Below, piece after piece: positions 18,814-27,905 of a DNA stretch of 64,000 bases; the first letter of the stretch is position 1; every line of letters begins with the position of its first letter. The stretch is from Planctomycetota bacterium (lineage in GTDB: Bacteria; Planctomycetota; B15-G4): contig JBBQUR010000007.1 in the NCBI GenBank assembly GCA_038212275.1, forward strand, positions 32,001 through 96,000, given 5' to 3'. The notes beneath the pieces were generated by a model. The model was not told the origin of the DNA, did no database searches, and was given only the letters and a program-made list of their open reading frames with translations. Position numbers and translations under genes: made by a program.

Positions 18814-20522
18814 CAGAAGGACACCACGGGCTTGTAGTTGCCGAACACGGATTGCAGTGCGGTGCAGATCTCGCCCACCGTCGCATCGGCGTCGGTGGCG
18901 GCAAGAATGGGCGGCATGAGGTTCTTGTCCGGGTTGCGCGCGGCGGCGATCAGCGCGTCCAGCGCGGCGCGGCACGCGGGCTCGTTGCGCTTCGCGCGCC
19001 ACTGCGCGAGCTGCGCGGCGCGCGCCTGCCCCAGCGCTTCGTCCACGCGCAGGATCGGCGGCGTCGACTGCTCGGGCACCGTGTAGCAGTTCACGCCGAC
19101 GAGCTTGCGCGTGCCGGCCTCGAGCGCCTTCTGGTGCTCGTAGGCCGCGCGGTGGATCTGGTGCTGCTGGAAACCCTGCTCGACGGCGGCCAGCGCGCCG
19201 CCGCGCTTGTCGATTTCCGCGATAAGCATGCGGGCCTCGCGCTCGAGCTGGTCCGTGAGCGCCTCGATGAAGGGCGCGCCGCCCAGCGGGTCGATGACCT
19301 GCGTGACGCCGCTCTCCTCGGCCAGCACCTGCTGCGTGCGCAGCGCGAGCAGCGCGGCCTCCGCGGTGGGCAGGCCCAGCGCCTCGTCGCGGCTGTTGGT
19401 GTGCAGCGACTGCGTGCCGCCCAGCACCGCGGACAGTGCCTGCAGCGTGACGCGCACGACGTTCACGTCGGGCTGCTGGCTGGTGAGCGTGCTGCCCGCG
19501 GTCTGCGTGTGGAAGCGCAGCCGCAGCGCGTCGGGCCGCGAGGCGCCGAAACGCTCCACGAGCAGATTGGCCCACAGCCGCCGCGCGGCGCGGAACTTGC
19601 ACACTTCCTCGAACAGGTCGTTGTGCGCGTTGAAGAAGAAGGAGAGCTGCCCCGCGAACTCGTTCACGTCCAGCCCGCGCGCCACCGCGCCGGCCACGTA
19701 CTGCAGGCCGTTGGAGAGCGTGAAGGCAAGCTCCTGAGGCGCGGTGCAGCCGGCCTCGCGCATGTGGTAGCCGCTGATCGAAATCGGGTTGAAGCGCGGC
19801 AGATGCTCGTGGCAGTAGGCGATGACGTCGGTGACGAGGCGCAGCGACGGCGTCGGCGGGAAGCGATAGGTGCCGCGCGCGATGTACTCCTTGAGCAGGT
19901 CGTTCTGCAGCGTGCCGCGCAGCGCCTGGGGCGCGATGCCCTGCTCGCGCGCCGTGCCGATGAGGAAGGCGAGCAGCACCGGCGCGGTGGAGTTGATGGT
20001 CATCGAGACCGAGACGCGGTCCAGCGGGATGCCCTGGAAGAGCCGCGCCACGTCGGCGCGCGTCGCGATGGAGACGCCCACCTTGCCCACTTCGCCCGCG
20101 GCCAGCGCGGCATCGGGGTCGTGCCCCATCTGCGTCGGCAGGTCGAAGGCGACGGAGAGCCCGGACTGTCCGCGCTCGAGCAGGTAGCGGAAGCGCGCGT
20201 TGGTCTCCTCCGCGGTGGAGAAGCCGCTGTACTGGCGCATCGTCCACGGCTTGCCGCGGTACATGGTGGGGTACGGGCCGCGCGTGAACGGGAACTCGCC
20301 GGGGAAGCCCAGGGCCGGCCGCGCGTCGCCGGCGGCGGGCGCGTGGCCTGCATGGCCTGCGGCGGACGCCTGGCCGTCGAGGCCCGGCACGTAGAGCGGT
20401 TCGAGCGGCAGGCCTGAGCCGGTGTGGCCGAGTTCGGAAACGCCGGCGGCGAGGGCCGGTCGGTAGACCTCCGCGCGCCAGCGGGCCAGGTCCGCGTGAA
20501 GGCCCGGCCTGTCCGGGTTCAC
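18813..20522 (-). CDS. Methylmalonyl-CoA mutase, substrate-binding (large) subunit
   Basis: PGEFPFTRG, WTMRQYSGF, SVAFDLPTQMG, QNDLLKEYIARG, SISGYHMREAG, GGTQSLHTN; no B12-binding DxHxxG domain. Confidence 0.95.
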   Translation of the reverse strand: MNPDRPGLHADLARWRAEVYRPALAAGVSELGHTGSGLPLEPLYVPGLDGQASAAGHAGHAPAAGDARPALGFPGEFPFTRGPYPTMYRGKPWTMRQYSGFSTAEETNARFRYLLERGQSGLSVAFDLPTQMGHDPDAALAAGEVGKVGVSIATRADVARLFQGIPLDRVSVSMTINSTAPVLLAFLIGTAREQGIAPQALRGTLQNDLLKEYIARGTYRFPPTPSLRLVTDVIAYCHEHLPRFNPISISGYHMREAGCTAPQELAFTLSNGLQYVAGAVARGLDVNEFAGQLSFFFNAHNDLFEEVCKFRAARRLWANLLVERFGASRPDALRLRFHTQTAGSTLTSQQPDVNVVRVTLQALSAVLGGTQSLHTNSRDEALGLPTAEAALLALRTQQVLAEESGVTQVIDPLGGAPFIEALTDQLEREARMLIAEIDKRGGALAAVEQGFQQHQIHRAAYEHQKALEAGTRKLVGVNCYTVPEQSTPPILRVDEALGQARAAQLAQWRAKRNEPACRAALDALIAAARNPDKNLMPPILAATDADATVGEICTALQSVFGNYKPVVSF

Positions 20523-21532
20523 GCAACGACCTCGGAGGCGAGCTCGATGAGCTCGGCCATGTCGGCCGGCAGCGGCGCTTCGTACGTGACCATCGCTCCG
20601 GAGAGCGGGTGCTCGACGGTGATCGCGCGGGCGTGCAACGCGTGGCGCGCCAGCGTCGGCGTGCGCTTGCCGTCGGCGCGACGCCGCTCGACCCAGCGGC
20701 CGTACTGCACCTGCGCGCTGCGCCCGTAGCTCTGGTCGCCGACGATCGGGTAGCCGATGTGTTCGAGGTGCACGCGGATCTGGTGCGTGCGTCCGGTGCG
20801 TGGTTCCGCGGTGAGCACCGTCATCGGGGGCAGGCGGTGCTCGACCCGGTAGAAGGTGGAGGCCGACTGCCCGCCGTCACGCACGACCGCCCGCATCGCG
20901 GGCTTCTTCGGGTCGGGACCCAGGGGCAGGTCGATCCAGTCGCTGTCAAAGGGCAGCACGCCCCACACCACGGCGGTGTACTGCTTGTGGATGGTCTTCC
21001 GCTTGAACTGGTTGACCAGCGACTTTGCTGCCTCGTTGGTGCGGGCCACCAGCATCACCCCGGAGGTGTCCCGGTCCAGCCGGTGGACGATGCCGGGGCG
21101 GTCGGCGCGGCCGACGGCCGAGAGCTCCGGGAAGAGCCCGAGCAACCCGTTGACCAGCGTGCCGTGCTTCGCTCCGGTGCCTGGGTGGATCACCAGTCCT
21201 ACCGGCTTGTTCACAACGATCAACGCCTCGTCCACATGCAGCAACTGCAGCGGCATGTCCTCGGCCTGAGGCAGGGAATCGGCCGGAACACCCAATTCTC
21301 CCTCGATGAGCTGCCCCGGGTTGACCCGGAACGAAGACTTCACGGGTCGGTCGTCCACAAGGATCGAGCCCTGCTCGACCAGCGCCGAAAGGAAGGACCT
21401 GGAGAACTGCGGAGCGAGGACCCGGCCGAGGAGCCGGTCGATGCGCGCCCCGCTGTCGGTCGAGTCCACCACCAGGCGCAAGTGGCCGTCGGCGTCCACC
21501 GCGCTCGCACCTGGTTCCGCCGCATCGACCAT
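20519..21532 (-). CDS. rluD: RluA/RluD family pseudouridine synthase with S4 domain
   Basis: RIDRLL (S4), VNKPVGL, HRLDRDTSG, TGRTHQIRVH, LHA. Confidence 0.9.
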   Translation of the reverse strand: MVDAAEPGASAVDADGHLRLVVDSTDSGARIDRLLGRVLAPQFSRSFLSALVEQGSILVDDRPVKSSFRVNPGQLIEGELGVPADSLPQAEDMPLQLLHVDEALIVVNKPVGLVIHPGTGAKHGTLVNGLLGLFPELSAVGRADRPGIVHRLDRDTSGVMLVARTNEAAKSLVNQFKRKTIHKQYTAVVWGVLPFDSDWIDLPLGPDPKKPAMRAVVRDGGQSASTFYRVEHRLPPMTVLTAEPRTGRTHQIRVHLEHIGYPIVGDQSYGRSAQVQYGRWVERRRADGKRTPTLARHALHARAITVEHPLSGAMVTYEAPLPADMAELIELASEVVA

Positions 21533-21566
21533 ACTGTGGACACGTCCTTGAGAAGGGGCGGAAACC

Positions 21567-21611
21567 TTGACAGAAAACCCCACGCGGTTACAGTCCCGCG
21601 GCCGATAGAAT
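21567..21611 (+). promoter_or_regulatory. Putative sigma-70 promoter for the FGE-domain gene
   Basis: TTGACA (21567-72), 16-nt spacer, TACAGT (21589-94); a second -10-like TAGAAT at 21606-11; AT-rich patch between divergent genes. Confidence 0.6.
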
Positions 21612-21743
21612 ATAGCGCTGGCCGAACTTCCAGTGCACGGACGGCACTCCGCACGATTCCCCGAAGATCGTGCGGTCGGTGGCTGCGCCTGCCTCTCTCT
21701 CCACTCGACCGCCCGAACGCGTCCCGAGGAGTGCCCCGCGAAC

Positions 21744-23546
21744 GTGATCAACCCCTACTTCGCTGTTCTCGCCCTCGCGACCGGGCCAGCATGTTTCGCG
21801 CAGAGCACCTTGCAGGCTCCGGCTCCCGCTCCTGCCCGCGCGGCCAAGGCCGCCACGGTGCGGGTCGAGGCCAGCGACCTCCGCGTGCTGGCGCGCCAGT
21901 GGCCCGACACCGCCGCCCAACCCGTGCCGTACGCCATGGTGCTCATCCCCGGCGGCGACACGATCGTGGGCACGGACTCGACCAAGGTGCCGGAATACGG
22001 CCAGAACCTCGCCGACAGGATGCGCGATGTCGCGGGTGAGACGCCCAGGCACACCGTCAAGGTGGACCCCTTCTACATCGACCTGACCGAGGTCACGAAT
22101 CTTCAGTGGAAGGTCTATCTGGACGCCACGCATCGCAAGCCCTCCAGCGCGCTCCTGGACTACAACTGGCGCGGCGGCGAGCACGGCGGCGAGATTCCTG
22201 ACGGCCAGGAGCAGTTCCCCATCAGCAATGTGAACATCCCGGAGATCCGGGATTTCCTCCAATGGTGCGGCAAGCGCCTGCCCACGGAGGACGAGTGGAC
22301 CCGCGCCGCGCGGGGCAACGACGACCGCCTCTACCCGTGGGGCAGCAAGTGGGACAGCAGCCTGTGCCGCTCGGGATCCAACGGCGACGCCGGACCGGCC
22401 GCGGTCGGCTCCTTTCCCGGCGGCGCCAGCCCGTATGGCGTGCTGGACATGGTGGGCAATGTCTTCGAGTGGGTGGACTCGCCCTTCACGCCCTTCGTCA
22501 CCCCGTTCGTGGCCTACGACCTCAAGGTGGGCAAGAAGACCATTCCGCTGAGCCCCGCCTTCAACAGCACCAACAAGGTCTACAAGGGCGGCGGGTTCTC
22601 GACGGTGCGCCTCGACTCCCGCATCGACACGAGGCTGGGACTGTCCCCGACGTCCAGCGACGCGGTCATCGGCTTCCGCGCGGCCCGTACCGAAGTGCCG
22701 GGCGTGGACGTCATCCGTCACGCGCTCGATCGGCTGCTGCCGCCGGCGTTCAGCAAGCCCGGCTCGCTGGACCTGGCCGACATCTTCGCCAAGGAGGTCA
22801 GCGGCTATGACGAGGCGCGCCACGTCCTGACCAGCTTTCGCTACGTGGGCTTCGGTCACCGCTCGCCCAGCCGCCTGCCGCCGCTTTCGAAGATGCGCGA
22901 TGAGTCGATCAATGAGCCGCTGCCCCTCGGCGTGCTGACGACGAGCGAGCCGCTCGTCATGAAGGACATGAAGGCGTCGAACATGATCCCGGCCGGCGGC
23001 GCCGCCGTCGCGCACTCGGCGGACGCCGTGACGCTCATCCCCGCCGGCGAGTTCACGCTGGCCTTCAAGGGGAAGGGCTCGTCCAAGGCTTACAAGGAAA
23101 AGCTCAAGCAGGACAAGAAGAACGGGAAGAAGCCCGAACCGGTGAAGGAAGAGCCCAAGCCGACGCGAGGCAAGCCCGATGCGAAGGCGAAGGACGCTGG
23201 CGAGAGCGCGCCAGGAAGCGGCGACGATGGCGCCACGCCGACGGCTGACGAGCCCAGCCCCGGCGGCGCGGTCGTGCCGTGGCCCGGCCTGGGCTCGATC
23301 CACGACGTCCAGGAGGACGTGGACTTCCCGCAGGATGAGGACGTGGTCCTGTTCTACAACGCCAACAACGTCGTGGTGGCGTGGGTGAAGTGCGAGGAGA
23401 TCCACGAGGCCGAGGTAGGTCCGGTGACCTTCCACTCCGACGAAGAAGGCCGGATCTGGACGATCGATTTCTCGATCGACTCGCTGTCCAGAAAGACCCC
23501 GCGCTTCACGCTCCCCATCCAGCTCGGCGGTGCGGGCCTGCGCTGA
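21744..23546 (+). CDS. Secreted FGE-sulfatase (SUMF1-like) domain protein with unknown C-terminal half
   Basis: Signal peptide; ETPRHTV...FYIDLTEVTN, KRLPTEDEW..AARG, YPWG, SPYGVLDMVGNVFEW, GFRAA. GTG start uncertain. Confidence 0.82.
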   Translation: MINPYFAVLALATGPACFAQSTLQAPAPAPARAAKAATVRVEASDLRVLARQWPDTAAQPVPYAMVLIPGGDTIVGTDSTKVPEYGQNLADRMRDVAGETPRHTVKVDPFYIDLTEVTNLQWKVYLDATHRKPSSALLDYNWRGGEHGGEIPDGQEQFPISNVNIPEIRDFLQWCGKRLPTEDEWTRAARGNDDRLYPWGSKWDSSLCRSGSNGDAGPAAVGSFPGGASPYGVLDMVGNVFEWVDSPFTPFVTPFVAYDLKVGKKTIPLSPAFNSTNKVYKGGGFSTVRLDSRIDTRLGLSPTSSDAVIGFRAARTEVPGVDVIRHALDRLLPPAFSKPGSLDLADIFAKEVSGYDEARHVLTSFRYVGFGHRSPSRLPPLSKMRDESINEPLPLGVLTTSEPLVMKDMKASNMIPAGGAAVAHSADAVTLIPAGEFTLAFKGKGSSKAYKEKLKQDKKNGKKPEPVKEEPKPTRGKPDAKAKDAGESAPGSGDDGATPTADEPSPGGAVVPWPGLGSIHDVQEDVDFPQDEDVVLFYNANNVVVAWVKCEEIHEAEVGPVTFHSDEEGRIWTIDFSIDSLSRKTPRFTLPIQLGGAGLR

Positions 23547-23573
23547 CGTCGCCGGCCGCAACCTCCGGTTCGA

Positions 23574-26399
23574 TCAGGAGGCCCGGCCAGCCAGCGCGGA
23601 GAGCAAGCCCACGAGGCGCTGGCGCTCGTCGGTCAGCTCCGCGAGGCGCGCGCGCTCCCTGGCCACGACCTCCGCCGGCGCCTTGCCCGCGAACTGCTCG
23701 TTGGAGAGCTTTGCCGCCACGCCCTGAAGCTGCTTCTCGACCTTGTCGAGGTTCCGCTGCAGGTCCTCGCGCTGCGCCGAGACGTCCACCAGCCCCTCGA
23801 GGTCGAGCGAGACCTCGACGCCGTCGGCAAGATCCACCGCGCCGCCCGCCGGACGCGGCGGATCGGTGCCCACCACGAGACTCTCCAGGCTGCCAAGCCG
23901 CACGGTGAGTTCCTCCGCGCGGCGCAGGCCGGCCACGGCCGCCTCGTCGGGCAGCGCCACGGTGACGCGCACCGCCTTGCGCTCCGCCACGTTGCTCTGT
24001 TGTCGCAGCTTGCGCACGGAGGACACGACCGCCTGCGCCAGCGCGAGGTCGGCCTCGGCGCGCTCGTCGCGCCGCAGGCCGGCACCATCCGGCCAGCTCG
24101 CAGCGTAGAGCGCGGGCGCCAGCGGCTTGTCGCTCGCCGCGCGCAGTCGCTGCCACACAGCCTCGGTGACGAACGGCGCCACCGGATGCAGCAGCGCGAG
24201 CAGGTCCTGCAGCACGCGGCCGAGCACGGCCGCCGCCACCGGGTCGGTGGTCACGGACGCATCGGGTCCGCCACCGAGCCGCGGCTTCACCGCCTCCACG
24301 TACCAGTCGCAGAAGTCGTTCCAGGTGAAGCGGTAGAGCAGCTGCGCGGCGTCATTGAAGTCGTAGCGTTCCCACGCCGCGGAGACGGACTCGATCGTCG
24401 CGGCGAGGCGCGACAGGATCCAGCGATCCTCCAGCGCCGTCACGGCGACGCTGCCGTCCGCGCCACGCGCCGGCTCCGGCAGGCGCCCCGCGCGAGAGAG
24501 CACGAAGCGGCTCGCATTCCAGAGCTTGTTCACGAAGTTCCGCCCCATCTCGAACTTCTCGGGCGAGAGCTTGGTGTCCTGGCCTTCCTTCGTGAGCATC
24601 ACCAGCGAGAAGCGCACCGCGTCCGCGCCGTACTGCTCGATCATGTCGATCGGGTCGATGCCGTTGCCGAGGCTCTTGCTCATGCGCCGCCCCTGCCCGT
24701 CCAGCACGGTGGCGTGGATGTAGCAGACGGCGAAGGGACAGCGCTTGTCCTCCGGCAGCTCGTCCATGAAGGCGTAGCCGGCCATGACCATGCGCGCGAC
24801 CCAGAGATAGATGATCTCGCTCGCGGTGGACAGGAACTGCGTGGGGTAGTAGCGGGCGAGGTCCGCCGACGCCGCGGGCCAGCCCAGCGTCGCGAAGGGC
24901 CAGAGCCACGAGGAGGCCCAGGTGTCCAGCACGTCCTCGTCCTGGCGCACGATGGGCTTGCCGGTCTTCGGGTGCGGGCTGCCGAGCGCGAGATCCGTGC
25001 GCGACGCGACCGCCACGTTGTCCTCGTCGTACCAGACCGGGATGCGATGGCCCCACCAGAGCTGGCGCGAGATGCACCAGTCGCGCACGTTGGTCAGCCA
25101 GTCGAGATAGACCTTGGACCAGCGCTCGGGCTTGAAGCGCAGCGCGCCGCTCTTCACGGCGGCGATGGCCGGCTGCGCGAGAGGCGCCATCTTCACGAAC
25201 CACTGCTCGGAGACCACGGGCTCGATGACGCTCTTGCTCCGGTCGGACACCGGCACGCTGTGCTCGATCTCCTCCACCTTGCCCAGCAGTCGGAGCTCGT
25301 CGAGCGCCTTCACGACGCCCTCGCGCGCCTTCTCGCGCGACAGGCCGGTGAAGCGCCCGGCCTCCTGGTTGAGCGTGCCGTCCTTGTTCAGCAGCGAGAT
25401 GATGGGCAGCTTGTGGCGCGCGCCGCGCTCGTAGTCGGCCACGTCGTGGCCGGGCGTGATCTTCACCGCACCGGTGCCGAACTCGCGCGTCACGCCCTCG
25501 TCCGCCACGACGGGGATGTCGCGGTCCACCAGCGGCAGGCGCAGTGTCGCACCGATGAGTCCGACCCAGCGTGCATCCTCCGGGTGCACCGCCACGCCGG
25601 AGTCGCCGAGCATCGTCTCGGGGCGCGTCGTCGCCACGGTCACGTGCGTGGGCGTGCCGCGCGTGCCGGGCGGACTGCCGTCCGCGAGACGCAGCACGGG
25701 GTAGCGCAGCTGGTAGAGCTTGCCCTTGCGCGTCGCGTGCTCGATCTCGTCGTCGCTCACGGCGGTCTGCAGCACGCAGTCCCAGTTCACCAGCCGCGCG
25801 CCGCGGTAGATGAGGCCGCGCTCCCACAGGCGCACGAAGGCCTCGCGCACCGCGGCCGACATGCCCGGCTCGAGCGTGAAGCGCGTGCGCGACCAGTCGC
25901 AGCTGCTGCCCAGGCGCGCGAACTGCTCGAGGATCGCGTCGCCGTGCTTCTGCTTCCAGGCCCACACTTCGCCCAGGAAGGCCTCGCGTCCGAGCTGCTC
26001 GCGCGTGAGCTTGCGCTCCGCGAAAAGCCTCTTCTCCACCACGGCCTGCGTGGCGATGCCCGCGTGGTCCGTGCCCGGCACCCAGAGCACGTCGTACCCG
26101 AGCAGCCGGCGGTGGCGGATGACGATGTCCTGCAACGTGCCGTTGAGCGCGTGCCCCATGTGCAGGACGCCGGTCACGTTGGGCGGCGGGATCATCACGG
26201 TGAAGGGCTTGCGGTCCGCGCGCGTGCCGCCGGCCGTGTAGCCGCCGGCATCCTTCCACAGCGTGCGCATGGCCAGCTCCACCTGGCCCGGCTCGTAGCG
26301 CGCCGCCATGTCGTCGGCCGCGCCTGCCGCGTCGGCCGCGCCTGCCGCGCCTGCCGCCATGTCGGCCGCTGCACTCGTCGTGTTGCCTGGTGTGCTCAT
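23574..26399 (-). CDS. valS: Valine--tRNA ligase
   Basis: PPPNVTGVLHMGH, DHAGIATQ, TTRPET, DWCISRQLWWGH, RMSKS, C-terminal coiled coil; ATGA overlap with the upstream gene. Confidence 0.97.
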   Translation of the reverse strand: MSTPGNTTSAAADMAAGAAGAADAAGAADDMAARYEPGQVELAMRTLWKDAGGYTAGGTRADRKPFTVMIPPPNVTGVLHMGHALNGTLQDIVIRHRRLLGYDVLWVPGTDHAGIATQAVVEKRLFAERKLTREQLGREAFLGEVWAWKQKHGDAILEQFARLGSSCDWSRTRFTLEPGMSAAVREAFVRLWERGLIYRGARLVNWDCVLQTAVSDDEIEHATRKGKLYQLRYPVLRLADGSPPGTRGTPTHVTVATTRPETMLGDSGVAVHPEDARWVGLIGATLRLPLVDRDIPVVADEGVTREFGTGAVKITPGHDVADYERGARHKLPIISLLNKDGTLNQEAGRFTGLSREKAREGVVKALDELRLLGKVEEIEHSVPVSDRSKSVIEPVVSEQWFVKMAPLAQPAIAAVKSGALRFKPERWSKVYLDWLTNVRDWCISRQLWWGHRIPVWYDEDNVAVASRTDLALGSPHPKTGKPIVRQDEDVLDTWASSWLWPFATLGWPAASADLARYYPTQFLSTASEIIYLWVARMVMAGYAFMDELPEDKRCPFAVCYIHATVLDGQGRRMSKSLGNGIDPIDMIEQYGADAVRFSLVMLTKEGQDTKLSPEKFEMGRNFVNKLWNASRFVLSRAGRLPEPARGADGSVAVTALEDRWILSRLAATIESVSAAWERYDFNDAAQLLYRFTWNDFCDWYVEAVKPRLGGGPDASVTTDPVAAAVLGRVLQDLLALLHPVAPFVTEAVWQRLRAASDKPLAPALYAASWPDGAGLRRDERAEADLALAQAVVSSVRKLRQQSNVAERKAVRVTVALPDEAAVAGLRRAEELTVRLGSLESLVVGTDPPRPAGGAVDLADGVEVSLDLEGLVDVSAQREDLQRNLDKVEKQLQGVAAKLSNEQFAGKAPAEVVARERARLAELTDERQRLVGLLSALAGRAS

Positions 26400-27751
26400 C
26401 GTGCTCCCGCGGCCGATCCGGCCTGTCCCGACGCCGGATTTCCGGACGCTTCCTCCGCGCGCGGTGCAGGCGCCGACGGCGGCAGGGCGCCGGCCAGCAC
26501 GAACTCCAGCAGCGTATGCCCCGCTTCCACGTTCAACTCGCCCTGCGCGGCGACGGCCTCGGTGAAGCGCGTCGCACGCAACGGCTCGATGCCAGGCCCC
26601 CACAGCGCGAACGGCACGTGGCTCGTCGAGCGTTCGCGCTCGACCGCGGACGTCATGTGGTCCGTGGTGAGCAGCAGCCGGCAGTCGCCGCGCGTCCGCA
26701 ACGCCATGCGGAGCGGTCCGACGACGTAGCGGTCCAGCTCCTCGATGACGCAGATCTTCTTGCGCACGTCGCTCTCGTGGCAGGCCTCGTTGGCGGCCGC
26801 GTAGTGCAGCACCACGACATCGTGCGTGTCGAGTGCGGCCAGCGCGCAGCGCAGCTTGCCGGCCCAGTCGGTGTCGTAGTGGCCGGTGGCGCCCGGCACC
26901 GTTGGCACGTCCGCGCCCAGCATGACGCCGAGGCCCCGCACGAGCGGCACGGCCGCCACGACTGCAAGCGTGCGTCCCGTGCGCAGCTCGAAGGGCTCGA
27001 GGTCCGTGCGCCAGCCCCGGCCCCAGGGCCAGATGCGGTCCGCGGGATTCTCGCCAAGATCCACGCGCACGCGGTTGATGTCGTGCGCCGCGAGCACGGT
27101 GCTGGCGCGCTCGATGAGATCGCGCAGCAGCCCCGCGTCGGGGCCATAAGGCTGGTAGTCCGACAGCGCCTGTCCCTGGACTTCCTGCGGCGGCACGGTC
27201 TCGATCTGCAGCCGGCGCCCGCCGCGGATCACGAGCAGGTTGCGGTAGCCGAGGCCCGGGTGGAACTCGACGCTGAGCCCCGGCGTCGCGCCCGACGCAG
27301 CGCCCGCACGGCCGCGCGCGCCGGTTGTCCCGGCCTTGGCGCCCCCCGACAGCGGTCCGCCGAGCTGCTGCTGGAGCGCCTCCACGAGCAGGCGAGACTC
27401 CACGCCGCCGATATGCCCCGCGTTGAAGTCCACGAGGTGCCCGCGGAACGTGGACACGAAGTTCATGCGGAAGGCGACGTCGTCCGGCGCGAGCTCCACG
27501 CCCATGCCCGCCGCCTCGATGCCGCCGCGCGTCGCGTCCGTGCGACGCGGATCGCAGCCCAGCACGGAGAGCACGGCGACATCACTGCTGTTGGACCTGC
27601 CCTCGGGCACCTGACGCACCAGCCCGAGCCGCGACTGCTGCGCGAGCCGGTCGAGGTGCGGGGTGTTCGCAGCCTGCAGGGGCGTGGCGCCATCGAGCGC
27701 GGCCACGGGCACGTCCGCGATTCCGGTCGGCAACAGGATGAAGGTTTTCAT
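26396..27751 (-). CDS. ApgM-like cofactor-independent phosphoglycerate mutase homolog with altered metal ligands
   Basis: TPLQAANTPHLD, SDVA.LS.LG.DP, RGGIEAAG, YRNLL, IWPWG, GATGHYDTD, TDH. Confidence 0.85.
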   Translation of the reverse strand: MKTFILLPTGIADVPVAALDGATPLQAANTPHLDRLAQQSRLGLVRQVPEGRSNSSDVAVLSVLGCDPRRTDATRGGIEAAGMGVELAPDDVAFRMNFVSTFRGHLVDFNAGHIGGVESRLLVEALQQQLGGPLSGGAKAGTTGARGRAGAASGATPGLSVEFHPGLGYRNLLVIRGGRRLQIETVPPQEVQGQALSDYQPYGPDAGLLRDLIERASTVLAAHDINRVRVDLGENPADRIWPWGRGWRTDLEPFELRTGRTLAVVAAVPLVRGLGVMLGADVPTVPGATGHYDTDWAGKLRCALAALDTHDVVVLHYAAANEACHESDVRKKICVIEELDRYVVGPLRMALRTRGDCRLLLTTDHMTSAVERERSTSHVPFALWGPGIEPLRATRFTEAVAAQGELNVEAGHTLLEFVLAGALPPSAPAPRAEEASGNPASGQAGSAAGAR

Positions 27752-27905
27752 GGGTGCGCCACGGCAACACGCGGCCGGCGCATTGTCCACCCGCCGCGCA
27801 CGAAGAAAAGTCGCGCTGCTCGCGCCGACCGTCACACGCCGCGGCCGCGCCGCCGCGCCACGCGTCCCGGCATGCCGGACGCGGGCGGGCGGCGGGCAGC
27901 GTCCG

